Positions 26,370-39,167 of a stretch of 64,000 bases of DNA are shown here, piece after piece (position 1 is the stretch's first letter; each line of letters starts with the position of its first letter). The DNA lies in contig OX597826.1 in assembly GCA_951406725.2 (NCBI GenBank), positions 39,246,001 to 39,310,000 on the forward strand, in the 5' to 3' direction. The stretch comes from Octopus vulgaris. Lineage: Eukaryota. Under the pieces are notes generated by a model. It was given only the letters and a program-made list of their open reading frames with translations, did no database searches and was not told the DNA's origin. The translations under genes were made by a program, and so were the position numbers.

Positions 26370-26650
26370 GAACCTCCTCACACCAGCGATTGGTGCATAA
26401 AAGCATCAGGGATCGTAGCAGACGAGAATCTTTCATGGGCGCCGAAACTCTCGTAATCGGATGCCTTCCACTGATGATTTTCAGTAGAATGAAATCACGT
26501 GATATGGGGATTCCAGCATTCATGACAGACGATTCTCGTCTGCTAAGACCTATGTGTGTGCTTTTACACACCAGTTGCTTATATGAGAGGCTCTCTCAAG
26601 GTTGGTAATGCAGTATTCGGAGTTCTAAAAAGATATCCGTATTGAGTTGC

Positions 26651-26653
<3 letters not shown>
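26370..26653 (+). mobile_element. Short fold-back element with hammerhead in the loop and a tail ending at (TA)n
   Basis: Arms ~26370-26437 and ~26521-26591 (TAGCAGACGAGAATC / GATTCTCGTCTGCTA). Single-copy tail to 26653. Confidence 0.7.
26466..26509 (+). ncRNA. Minimal type-I hammerhead ribozyme motif
   Basis: TTCCA-CTGATGA-TT-TTC(AGTA)GAA-T-GAAAT-CACGTG-ATA-TGGGG: canonical core, palindromic stem-III loop, AUA triplet, stem I with G-U pairs. Confidence 0.75.
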
Positions 26654-26711
<58 letters not shown>

Positions 26712-26921
26712 TATATACATATATATATATGCATGTATGCATATGTATGTGTATATATATGCATAAGGGCAAGGGAATAAAATTATGTCATGAACTTCAT
26801 TAGCTTACAGTTATTTCGGCTTTAAGATGCAATGCTGTCTTAGTCAAGTACTTGTGTATCACTCTATAACTTCATCGATGCTTCAAAAATGAAGTACAGA
26901 GTTATTTGGGATAGTATTTAC

Positions 26922-26926
<5 letters not shown>

Positions 26927-27016
<90 letters not shown>

Positions 27017-27030
27017 CACACACATACATA
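26927..27030. repeat. (CA)n microsatellite
   Basis: Direct observation. Confidence 0.95.
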
Positions 27031-27536
27031 TACAGAATGCATTACCCCCGACAAAAGCATAAACATATGTAAGGAAGTGAATTAGGTAGATTAGATAAGG
27101 TTTATATATATATATATATATGTAAAGATTGTTATATGAAAAACTCCTGTGTAAAGAAGTGAAAAAGAAAGCAAGAATATACCTGGGAATGGAGTTAGAT
27201 AGAAAGACGACAGAATTGAAAGCAATGAAAGGAAGAGAAAAACAATACCTTTATCGGGTTCATAAAATATTTTCTACAACGTAGACAAATTAACAATTAA
27301 CCATTAACAGGCCAAAGAAAGAATAGACTGGAAAGACATGTTACGGATAAAATTGTGTGCACGCTTTTGTGCGTGCATATATATGTGCGCGCGCGTGTGA
27401 GTGCGTTTACATGTAGAAAGTGAGCCGATATATGGATATGTATCATTCTACTTATAAATACATATAAACACACAGGCATGTTTACTTATATGCATGCACA
27501 GAAACATCTATATATATGTATGTAAATACATACATA

Positions 27537-27574
<38 letters not shown>

Positions 27575-27591
<17 letters not shown>

Positions 27592-28086
27592 GTAGTTGTG
27601 TGAGTATCTGTCCCCTTCGATTTAGATTCCTAACTACTCCCACATCTTGCGGTGCAGTTTAATCAAATTCGGGTATCTTATAGTCGTAATTCATATCGAG
27701 CCCATCTGAGTATTAGCGCGCGTCTACGATGAGTCTACGATTTTAAAAATAATTTAACATCATTTTTAATTCCATTTTAATGCATAATTTTTCGTGTGTC
27801 GATGGCGGCGGAGTTGGCGTCCTTGGTCACACCTGCACCTGTTTGCTTCTCCCCCTTCTTCCCTCCCTCGTGAAGCTGTGGGAAGGAAGTGTAAGGAAAT
27901 CAACGTCGTAAAGCGTTGTCAAGGAGACCAGCGTTCTTTTAGAACAACGACTTCATGGCTTGAAGACACCAAAACAGAAATGGCTAAGAAAGCCCGAATT
28001 GGCATCTATAAGGGAAGTAACTCTCTAAAAATGCTTATATAGTTATTTCCCTTACAAACCCGAGCAACGCCGAGCGATACTGCTAG
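27575..28086 (+). mobile_element. Non-autonomous Helitron, family H1, copy 3
   Basis: Reverse complement of the 21547 copy. Ends ACCCGAGCAACGCCGAGCGATACTGCTAG|T; embedded in (TA)n. Confidence 0.82.
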
Positions 28087-28284
28087 TATATATATATATT
28101 TAAGTAGGTGAATGAATTATCCTATGTTTATCGTCAGCATGGAACATCTTCGTTCGACTCCATTCTTTCATTTATTCATATATATATATATTTATATATA
28201 TATACACATAGAGACAGATATCTAGCAATTAACATCTATATACACATGCACATACCCAGACCTCCACCATATATATTCTTTGAT

Positions 28285-28448
28285 TATTTTACTCTTTTAC
28301 TTGTTTCAGTCATTTGAGCGCGGCCATGCTGGAGCACCGTCTTCAAGAGTTTTTAGTCGAAGAAATCGATCCCATGACTTATTGTTTGTAAGTCTAGCAC
28401 TTATTCTATCGGTTTCTTTTGCCGAAAAGCTGATTTACAGAGACGTAA
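28285..28448 (-). mobile_element. SINE family A 3' fragment
   Basis: TTTTACTTGTTTCAGTCATTTGAGCGCGGCCATGCTGGAGCACCG. Confidence 0.8.
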
Positions 28449-28449
28449 C

Positions 28450-28930
28450 CAGGTGTTGTGCTGGTTAATTAAAGAGGCGAAGCTCTTGCAACATGAATAA
28501 CTAGCCTTCAGCGTTTTCTTATTCTTATTAGAAGCAATCACTGTGCCGGAAATAACCAAAAGAATTGTAATTATAAAGATAAAAATTGCTGTTCGTTAGG
28601 AGGACATTGTCCCCAGAAAGGAATAGTTTATTGAGCTAAGGTACAAATAGATGGCGCACAAGAATACAAGATATATACTGGAGCTTCGGAAAATTCCTAT
28701 AAGACTAGATTATATTCCCACCGAAATTCACTTCGATACCCCGAAAATAGGACAGCAACGTTTCTCGATAAACATGTCTGACAATTGAAAGAAAACGATA
28801 CCCGTCCTTTCAAAATCAGGTGGACAATCTTGGAGGAAGCAGCATTTAGACGCCCAATGAGGTGAGGTGCAATTTGTGCCTGACTGAAAAGCTCTTCATT
28901 CTGTTCCAGGATAAATACGCACTGAACCAG
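28450..28930 (+). pseudogene. Penelope-like (Naiad/Neptune-type) GIY-YIG endonuclease fragment with inverted 5' segment
   Basis: + strand: KNCNY...CSLGGHC..GIVY*AKV...KIYTGASE..KTRLYSHRNSL...KIRWTIL...RCNLCLTEKLFIL. The upstream piece KTLKASYSCCKSFASLINQHN is on the - strand at 28450-28530. Confidence 0.8.
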
Positions 28931-29089
28931 ATATTATTATTGATATTTTTAAATGCTATAGATAGAAAGATTGTGATAATGATAATCACTGTGATTAGGG
29001 AGACGACACAATGCAAGCACGTTAGCTTTATATATGTGTATGTACACACATGTGTACGTGTATATACAAATATAGAGAGGAAGAGAGAT

Positions 29090-31565
29090 GGGATTTCAAT
29101 GACAAATCTCGTGGAAACCCCACGAACAACTCATGAAATCATGATGCCACACTGCAAGGAAAAGAATTAACGGCGAGAATGAAGCTATAACAGATCATGG
29201 TGAAGGTTTCCTGCCCGGCACGTCCGAAACCGCCCGCATCAAGGGCAGTGATCTTGCCTCGGACGGTCGTTATGTCACAACACACCACATACACGATGTG
29301 CACAAAACGAGACATAAGTGGACGAAGGAAGAGTACGATATACTTACTGAATGTCATGAAAGAGCAAAGCTGGAAATAAGTCGCGGAGTAGACCGACGTA
29401 CCTTGAAACTTTGGATGGAAAAGGACATGTGTCCAATGTCAGAAAATAAAGTAAAATGAGAGTGGTTAGGAGAAAGGATTACTTAACTGGAGTAGAAAAT
29501 TTCGGATTAGTGAGTCCGAGAGACTCTGAGAATGGGCTACAGAGGATGGTCCGAGTTGAAACAGCGATGTAAGATGTGAAAGCAGAGAGAAGAGTAGACA
29601 AGAGGAACAGGGAAATGGTGATTGGAATGTTAAGGATGGGGAACCGGAGCGTTATACAGCGAACCCTGATACTGTGGTGGGTAGACATTCAGGGGAAATG
29701 AACCAACTAGATAATGAAGTGTTTGAAATTCAAAGACGACTCACCGACTTGATGAATGCTCCAGAAGAAAAAGTTCCCATGAATACGAGAAAGGTAGATA
29801 GGAGTATGATGAATAGAATAACACAAAAGATAAATACTGTCATACCATACATCCAGACGGAGGACATAACAAAACAAGGAATCTTCTCCGAGGTATTGTG
29901 CTACAGGTTGAGGAAAAATTACCACTTAAGAGAACAAAAGAAAAATGGTGGAGCAAAAGAACGACGATGGAAACGACGCATTGAAAGGGACATAATGCGG
30001 GCAAGGCAAGATCTAGGAAAAATTGAGAAATGGTCAAGAGGAAACTGGAAAAATGGGAAAAAGAACAACCAAGATAAATTAAAGAAGAAATATAAAATAC
30101 GGAAGAACGGGTTTTATGCAGTAATAGATCAATTAAATAAGAGGATCATGGCAAAAACCAGAAGATCAGAAGATTTGTGAACAGAAATAAACAGTTCGAG
30201 AAGAACAGATTATTAAAAAATAACCCGAAGCAATTCTTCCGAACGTTAGAAGGAGACAATGGGGAAGATGTTGTTCCTGATGCAAATCAAGCCAAGGAGT
30301 TCTGGAGCGAATTATGGGGAAACGATGTGGTGCATAAAATGGATGGAATGTGGATAGGAACTATCAAGACAGAATTACAAGGAGGAAAGAAGCAAAGGAG
30401 TATTGTCATAAGCACGGGGGATGTGAAAGAACAAGTGAGTAAAGTGCCTAACTGAAAATCTCCCGGACCAGATGAGATTCATAGCTTCAAGACTGAAAAA
30501 ATGCAACGTGATACTTGAAAGAATAGCACCTCAATTGAATGAGTGTGTCCAGAAAGGTACAGTCCCCGTGTGGATGGTGACTAGGAGGACAACACTTATA
30601 ATGAAAGATAGAAGAAAGGGGAACATTGTGGGGAACTACCGTCCCATAGCGTGCCTAAACATAATCTGGAAGATACTCATTGGAATATGTGCGGCAAAGA
30701 CATACTTTCCTGGCACAGGAAGAAATACTATCAAGAGAATAAAAAGGATGGAGGAAGAGTTCTCAGGATACTAAGGATCACCTGGTCATCGATAAAACAA
30801 TTTTGAGGCATTGTAAAAAACATCATACAAACATATCTATGTCTTGGATTGACTTTAAGAAGGCAATGATATGATACCTCATTCTTGGATCGTTGAATGC
30901 CATACAGGACGTTAAGGATAATACAGCATCGTTGGCATGGCTTGAGCGAGGTGATTTGAATCGTACCACCGAAAGCGTGATCATTGCTGCATAAGACCAG
31001 GCTCTCGCTACCAGTTCAGTGGAATATAACGTCTATAAATCTTCTGACACCTAGACATGCAGACTGTGTGGAAAGAGTGTGGAAAACGTGACCCACTTGG
31101 TAAGTGGATGTGAGAGCCTAGCGCAAAAATAATACAAGTGTCGCTACGATAAAGTGTTTCTTCATTGGCTCTTATGCCGTAAATACCAATATGAAGTAAC
31201 AGAGAACTGGTATAAGCATGTACCAAGTAAAGGTATGCAGGAGGATGGAAACTCATGATTTTTAGACGGATCGTGTAATCGAACACCGTCGGTCGGATAC
31301 TGTCGTATTAATTAAGAGAGACAAACGTTGTCAGATCATTGATGTAACCATACCAAAATGACATAAATGTTGTGAGTAAAGGGGTTAAAAAAGTACTCCG
31401 AATTGAAAGTGGAAATGGCAAGACTGTAATGAATACGAGAGGGTAATGTAAAAGTGATACCAGTGGTGATCGGAGCATTGGGCTCAACCCCATTGAAACT
31501 TCAAGACTTCTTAAGGCAACTGGAAGACCCATGCAAGATTGATGTCTTGCAAAAGTAGCCTTATT
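29090..31565 (+). mobile_element. Decayed R4/Dong-like non-LTR retrotransposon with a large internal deletion
   Basis: N-terminal RHKWTKEE (Myb-like), RWKRRIE, EFWSELWG, N*KSPGPD, NYRPIACLN, KDHLVIDK, SWIDFKKA, IPHSW. Jumps at ~30900 to ESVIIAA*DQAL, CRLCGK...HLVSGC and the REL-endonuclease HRRSD...IIDVTIP. Many stops and frameshifts. Confidence 0.88.
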
Positions 31566-32516
31566 GTTTTAGTGTTTTCATCTTTGTAATTGCTGGTGTT
31601 ATTCTTAGTATTCTTTCCGTTTTTTATATCATCAACTTTGTAGTTAATATTATCAATTTTGTTTTTACTCATTTTAGTTTATGTGCTTATAGGCTTAGAG
31701 CTTTGTGGGGAATCTCTTAGAGTTAGTTCCCTTCCTTCATTTTCCATATAACGCCTATTATCGTTGATACAATCACCTTTTTTTCATTTAGTAATTCATT
31801 TTGATTTTTCCTACTCTGGTTTTCGTAGAAGCTATTTAATCTTTAACATTTTGTGCAGAAATAATTTATTATATATTTTGAGTTGCAGAAAGCCACATGG
31901 CTCGGTAAACATGTATGACTGTTACTATTATTCATTAATCTGTGTAGAGATAGAGAAAAGAATAGTTGAAGAATTTTAAATAATCGCCTAAATTTAATTC
32001 TGCTACTCTGTAAGGTAGGAAAATAAATTAGCTAATAGATATAATATAAAAATGTTCATTATAGAATGTGGGAATCCAATAATAAACTCATTAAATCTAT
32101 AAATGAAGATACTTCTGCAGTTCATTATAGCAAACGCCTCAGTGTATGACACGTTTAACCTGAAGGTTTATTTTATAAGTTGATTGTAATTCAAATTAAA
32201 ATGTCTGAAAAACAATGAAGGCTAATTTTATTGCCTTTAATGCATTAATTGCATAATTTCGCATGTAATATGAATAAATGACGTTCGTCACGAAAACGTA
32301 CGTAACATTGATATGACATTTTCTTTTTCAATTAAATTAAGTATAATTCCCTCTGAGAGGATTATATCATGCCGACTGGATTGGCAAAGTGCTCATTTTA
32401 TAAATGACTAGAGTATCAGTAATCATCCTTCGGTTATTCGAACATTTTGCTTACCAGGTTCGTATAAGTGATGAGGTGATGGCGTGTATTATATTTAGCT
32501 ATGCAACTAAATACAT

Positions 32517-32616
<100 letters not shown>

Positions 32617-32625
32617 GTATGTATG

Positions 32626-32655
<30 letters not shown>

Positions 32656-32660
<5 letters not shown>

Positions 32661-32942
32661 AAAAGGTTTGAAAATGCAATTTAAACGAAACATATCTCTG
32701 TTACCAAACACTATATTTATACATGTAATGTGACAATTATGTATAAAAAAACATTTTTGAATTCATAATATTCAATGTGACAATTATGTAAAAAACTTTT
32801 TTTGAACCCATAATATTCAATGTTACTTTTGACAATCTTTTACCAAAGAGTGAAACCGGTTAAGTAAATAAACATCGTTTAAATTGCATTTTCAAACCTT
32901 TTTTCATATATAATCCCACTCGTGCGATACCCCACAACTCAA

Positions 32943-32947
<5 letters not shown>
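32656..32947 (+). mobile_element. (TA)n-embedded element with 32-33-bp inverted repeats and a one-sided tail
   Basis: 32656-32688 vs 32875-32906 inverted; tail 32912-32947; (TA)n on both sides. Confidence 0.65.
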
Positions 32948-32982
<35 letters not shown>

Positions 32983-33095
32983 TGTATATATATATATATA
33001 TATATATACGTATGTATATATACATACATATACATATATATATATATACGTATATATATATATATATACATATACATATACGTATATATATATAC

Positions 33096-33143
<48 letters not shown>

Positions 33144-33215
33144 ATATATATATATTATATATATATATATATATATTCACACACACACATATATATGTAT
33201 ACATATGTATGTATA

Positions 33216-33282
<67 letters not shown>
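32948..33282. repeat. Long interrupted (TA)n tract
   Basis: Direct observation. Confidence 0.95.
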
Positions 33283-33285
<3 letters not shown>

Positions 33286-33369
33286 TGCTTTCAATTTATG
33301 CTTTTAATGCTTAAAGCAAGAAATTACTCTTCACATTTTATTCGTTTTTTAATCAAGACTGTTCTTTTA

Positions 33370-33897
33370 GTTCACAACACGCACGCAATCAGTCGTGTAT
33401 GCTTTTGATCTTCCGCGAGCAAATGAGGTACAGATTTTGCTGCAATTCCTCGATCAAAAGTCGTTAGCGGGAGCTCCAGGACTCATCAGTCATATCAAGT
33501 TCGTCAATTGTTTGGTGACGGTCCTCCGAGATCAGTTCATGAATTTTCACGATGTTTTCATTTGTTCGGGATTTCGACAGTCGACCTGAACGAGGTTGCT
33601 CCTCAAGTGACAAGTGACCATTTCTAAAGCGTGAAAACCACTCGTAAACTTGTGCTTTGCTCATAGCAGCGTACTTGTAAGCTGTTTGGTGCATGACAAC
33701 TGCTTCGACCGTCGTTTTCCTCAGCAGAAAACAGAATTTCAGGGAAGCACGCTGTTCTTTCGTTTCAACCATCGCAAAATCGACGAACAGGTTAGAAGTA
33801 CTGCAAAACAAAAAAGACGCACCTTGTGGCAGTAAGACTGAACTACAACGGGCTTGTCCCACAGAGAACGTTTCCGGTTACTTTTGGGTACTCCCTC
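33370..33897 (-). mobile_element. Mariner 5' fragment (TIR + N-terminal HTH), second lineage
   Basis: TIR-like GAGGGAGTACCCAAAAGTAACCGG; EQRASLKFCFLLRKT...QVYEWFSRFRNG...PRSGR, then frameshifted AKSVPHLL.EDQK. Confidence 0.85.
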
Positions 33898-34639
33898 AAA
33901 CGCACTCAAATATACAACAACAATCGGAAAGAATACATGAATAGTCATGGCTGAAACGCCTACGATCATAGATCTGTTCAGTGCTGAACTTAATCTAAAC
34001 ACCAACTATCTATAGAAAATGTGTTGCAGTGACAATGAAAAAAATTAGATAAAAACTAACAACAGCAACACCATCCCTACCACCAAAGCCACCATCGCCA
34101 CGACGACAATAACCATCACCAACACTAGTAGTAGTAGTAGTAGTAGCAGCAACAACAACAACAACAACATTTGCTATTGACAAGCGAGTCCTGTAATAAT
34201 GGAATGCACATACTCCCGGCGGGGATTGCCAATTAGTTTGTTTTCATGTGACAAAACATAACAGCTTTCATCAGTGGAACAACCAAACATTCATTAAACA
34301 CCGGCAGAAAAATCACCATTTATTTATTCTCGGGGTTTTTGAGAAATAAACACTTGACTGTTGTTTAACATTGTGATAAAAAGAGACTTGTTATGAAAGA
34401 GTGAGCTTCTGTGACTCTACTACTAAAAATATCGGCCAAATTTCATTCACTTACTGCCTTGAAGACCCAAGGGAGATGTATTGGATAGCATAGTCTTAAT
34501 TCACAATGCTCGATAAAAAAAAATGACAAAATCAACAAAGCTAGAATGACATTTTAAATTACTGCTTAAGTTAATGTTTTGTATTGAAAATAGGGCTGTT
34601 CTTGGGGGGGGGGGGCCTTAGCAGTTCTCCAAAACTGGT

Positions 34640-34930
34640 TAAATGCGCGTGATTAATATACTTCCTGAACAAGTTGATGGCTGCAAAGACAGCACGGGAG
34701 AGAGTAGAAAGGACAGAATAGAAAATTGTAGTTGGTGTGGGGACTGAGGAGGGGCGGAATAGAAGTATGAATATGTTGAGAGTGGTTCTGATATGGATAG
34801 GTGAAGAGGAGGAGGAGGAGGAGTAAAAAGGAAGCCGTGTGGGGTTGATTGATTGTGGCAAGAAGCTAAAGTAGTAGAAGTGACAGAGTGAGGAGACCTG
34901 GCAAACGACAGCATATCAAACAGTCCAGTG
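34640..34930 (-). mobile_element. Very decayed LINE 3' ORF2 remnant
   Basis: Fragments 'ARSPHSVTST', 'IHIRTT' and 'VFAAINLFRKYIN' resemble Jockey/CR1-group C-termini. Confidence 0.35.
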
Positions 34931-35625
34931 CCCTTTTTAAAATTTCAATGTTGGCGTAGGGGTTAAATGCCAACAACGAATGACTGATCATATTGTCACG
35001 GTTTTGCTTTAAAATATGATGCAAAGAAATGGCTTCGCTGTATAATAACAGAAATCAAAGTAAAGCTTCCCTGTAAAAACCGTAAGATTAGCCATAAAAT
35101 GTCGTCCGCGTATATATATATTGATATCTTTACCGAGAGTACCCATATCTATTTATATGTACGTATGTGCGTGCTTGTGTGTGTGAGTGAGAGACAGAGG
35201 GAGGCGAGGGGGGAAAGAGAGAAGGGTTAGGTGGAGAAAGGGATCTAGTATATTTAGACGTCTTTAGCTAACGAATACTTTAACATAACTTTACGTTGTT
35301 AACTTACTCTAAAATAAATCCCCACATTCTGTAATGTGATGATCTCTTATCTCCATATGCACGATATCACACACACACACACACACACACGCGCGCCCCC
35401 CCCCCCCCACACACACACATACACACATACACACAAACACACACACACACACAGATACATACACGTGGAGATAAATACGTGTGCATACAGCATACGTATA
35501 TAGATATTTGTCAGCAAAAGTATGTTTTCTTCCATACATGTGTAGTAAAATTCATTTTTCACACACAGGACCGATCATACGAGTTCAAAATATTGAAGCA
35601 ATTCCGGATGTTCCAGAATTAGTTA

Positions 35626-35693
<68 letters not shown>

Positions 35694-35715
35694 TTAGGAT
35701 ATTATAACACCACCA

Positions 35716-35760
<45 letters not shown>

Positions 35761-35763
<3 letters not shown>

Positions 35764-36332
35764 AAATATTAGGGAATAAATCCAAACTTACTGGGAAAAA
35801 TCAGATTTAGGATTAAATCCAATTTTATAGTAAAATATTATATTATATTAAATTAGAGATAAAACCACTATTAGGCAAATTAAACAATGAAAAACATAAG
35901 CCAATACATAAAATTAATTAATTTATATTATTTTAAATATATATCAAAAATATTAAAAGTTTAATAAAAGATAATAAGTAAAACACTACGATCGTTTCAT
36001 GGCTGTCCAATTCGTAATAATTCGAGTTATGGTTACAGTCAATCTTCAGGTAATTGAAATATTTATCTTAGTGAGGTTTAACAAATTGTTAAACCTCACT
36101 AAGATAAATATTTCAATTACCTGAAGATTGACTGTAACCATAACTCGAATTATTACGAATTGGACAGCCATGAAACGATCGTAGTGTTTTACTTATTATC
36201 TTTTATTAAACTTTTAATATATGTTTGATATATATTTAAAATAATATAAATTAATTAATTTTATGTATTGGCTTATGTTTTTCATTGTTTAATTTGCCTA
36301 ATAGTGGTTTTATCTCTAATTTAATATAATAT
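35761..36332 (-). mobile_element. (TA)n-embedded fold-back element F2 with a hammerhead in each arm
   Basis: Near-perfect palindrome ~35838-36332 centred on 36085 (1-nt spacer). Single-copy tail 35761-35837. (TA)n on both sides. Confidence 0.85.
36115..36189 (+). ncRNA. Minimal hammerhead motif (mirrored on - strand at ~35981-36055)
   Basis: CTGAAGA, stem II TGACTGT/ACAGCCA (1 mismatch), GAAAC-GATC-GTA with a palindromic tetraloop. Stem I is weak. Confidence 0.65.
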
Positions 36333-36384
36333 ATATATATATATATACAATAACACACACACACACACACACACACAATATATA

Positions 36385-36443
<59 letters not shown>

Positions 36444-37369
36444 TATATATGTATGTAAAAGGTTGAATGTGGATTTGTCCTTTAATTGGAGTTGTTTCCC
36501 AAAAGTTTTCTAATGTTGATTCTTCTTAATTTGCTGAGTGTTTACTGGTGTAAATTGGCGTAGATATGAAAAGTAGTAATACTATATTAAGTGTATGGTT
36601 AATTTGCGGAATGAAGTTCTAAAAATCCAATCATATTTGTCAAAAATGGAGGAGATAAGATGTTAAAAATTTGTAAAGAGTTTATTCATGCATACAATCG
36701 TTTTGTACATAGATATAAATTACTTTTAGAATTTGCAAATATCAAAGTGCTCATCAGTGCAGAAAAAAAATAGGAACTTAAAAAAGAGCAGAGAAGTTGG
36801 ATATATGAGTTTCATGTTTATTTGTTCATATCCATGTGTGATAGTGATGGGAGTCATGTCAGTTATTAAACCACAACTAACGGATCAACGGTTAGGGGAT
36901 AATAAATACATGGAGGTATCTATAACTTTCTCTCTATAGATTAGTATAGATTGTCTAATTAAAGCTCCATATATGCAGCTTAGCCGACTTAGAGGAATGG
37001 AGAAATGTCCAATGAGAAAACATTACCTAACGTAAATTAAATCTAACCGTTGAAAACGATACTTGGTGTTGTTTTTTTAAAAATCATAAAAAGTTGAAGA
37101 ATTTTTAGCGTAAAAAAATGTTTGTAAAGCTTATACTAGAAAGTTAATGTAGTCATACCTATGTCTATGTAATAATCCCATTTTATCTCCCGAACATCCC
37201 AACATATCTATATCACTAAATACTTGCATATGTTATTAGTTATTCCATCTTACAAATGAGTATATTTTTAATACTGGTGTATATACACATGCATATTATA
37301 GTGCGGTTGTGCATGTTTGCATCCATGGCTGCATATCTATGTATGTGTATCTGTGTATGTATATATGTG

Positions 37370-37790
<421 letters not shown>

Positions 37791-37829
37791 GGACCGCCAC
37801 AGTATTCATCATAAACTGAGAATGTAAAT

Positions 37830-38600
37830 ATTTTCCCATATAATTTTGCTTTCTTTTTCAAGCGTTTCATCTTTTGTTTGTCCTTCACCTAGTATGTTTG
37901 CATTGCTTACTGCTGTTAGCAATTCTTCAGTGTTTCCATTATCATAGTCATTGGGACTTTTCACTTCCATGTTCACACAGTCCTTGAAACTGACCAGTCC
38001 TCTTCCTCCATTTTCACGTTTCATATACAGCCTGTCCACATCTGCCCAGTTATGTAAAACCTTGTACATTGTCATTATTTTCCGAGTTTTTATTTTAATC
38101 AATATTTTGCAGTTCCTCTTTGTTCCAATTCGCCTGCCACATATCTCACAACTGATACAGCCCTTGAATTTATTACCTTTACAACGTTTCCTGAATTTAA
38201 CTAAGATTTCAGAGTCAAATCGATCCTTTTGGAAGTACTCTTTTGAAATGGTTTTCTTTATTTCTCTGTTTTTGACGGTATCTGATTCCAAAATTCCCAA
38301 ATACTTGTATCCTTGACTTTCTTCAAAACTGATTATTTGACGGTTTAAGTCCCTGATTCTTCTTTACATTCTCCCCCTCACCATCAAAATGGCACGTTTA
38401 TTGATACCAAATTCCATGCCTATGCCTTTACTGTACTGAAAAGCCTTCTGTTGTTACCAGTGTGCCAAGACGATCTTCCCCTTTTCCATTAAGATTTAAG
38501 CTATTCATGTATAGTAGATGGTTAATCACTCCAACTCCATTTCCCAAATAATTTCCTGCTTTAATATCTCTCAAAATCCAAGCTGATATACTGTCTTTTT
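37830..38600 (-). mobile_element. R4/Dong-like RT C-terminal fragment
   Basis: INHLLYMNSL (cf. YMDDL), IGMEFGINK, YKYLGILESD, KTRKIMTM...ADVDRLYMKRENGGRGL. Confidence 0.88.
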
Positions 38601-38647
38601 AGCAATCTTTGCTCATTCACCATTGTTATTGTTTTTCTTATCATTGA

Positions 38648-38860
38648 AGGCGACGAGCTGGTAGAATAGTTAGCACGCCGGGCAAAGTGTTTTGCGGCAT
38701 TTCGTCCATCCTTACGCTCTGAGTTCAAATTCCGCCGAGGTTGACTTTGCCTTTCACCCTTTCGCGGCTGATAAAATAAGTACCAGTTGTGCAATGGGAT
38801 CGGATGTAATCGACTATCTTCATCCCTCGAAATTGCTGTCCTGCCAAAATTTGAAACCAT
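38648..38860 (+). mobile_element. SINE family B
   Basis: GGCGACGAGCTGGTAGAATAGTTAGCACGCCGGGC...AAAATTTGAAACC. Confidence 0.9.
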
Positions 38861-38930
38861 TATGAAAGTTACTTGTTTATCGAGTATATATATTGGACAG
38901 TGCATTTGTATGGTAGATAAGCAACTGTTA

Positions 38931-39167
38931 TACCTATTTCTTTATTACCCACAAGGGGCTAAACATAGAGGGGACAAACAAGGACAGACATAGGTATTAA
39001 GTCGATTACATCGACCCCAGTGCATAACTGGTACTTAATTTATCGACCCCGAAAGGATGAAAGGCAAAGTCAACCTCGGCGGAATTTGAACTCACGACGT
39101 AACGACAAGCGAAATACCGCTAAGCATTTCGCCCGGCGTGCTAACGATTTTGCCAGCTCGCTGCCTT
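38931..39167 (-). mobile_element. SINE family B (tail variant shared with 24010-24230)
   Basis: Shared TACCTATTTCTTTA.TACCCACAAGGGGCTAAACA.AGAG.GGACAAACAAGGACAGACA tail. Confidence 0.9.

Noticed and set aside
28600-28800. In-frame TGA codons as selenocysteine (reported for some Naiad elements)
   Set aside because: The TGAs fall at non-Cys positions (IVY*A, and a conserved Trp). The fragment is also frameshifted and no SECIS was recognised.
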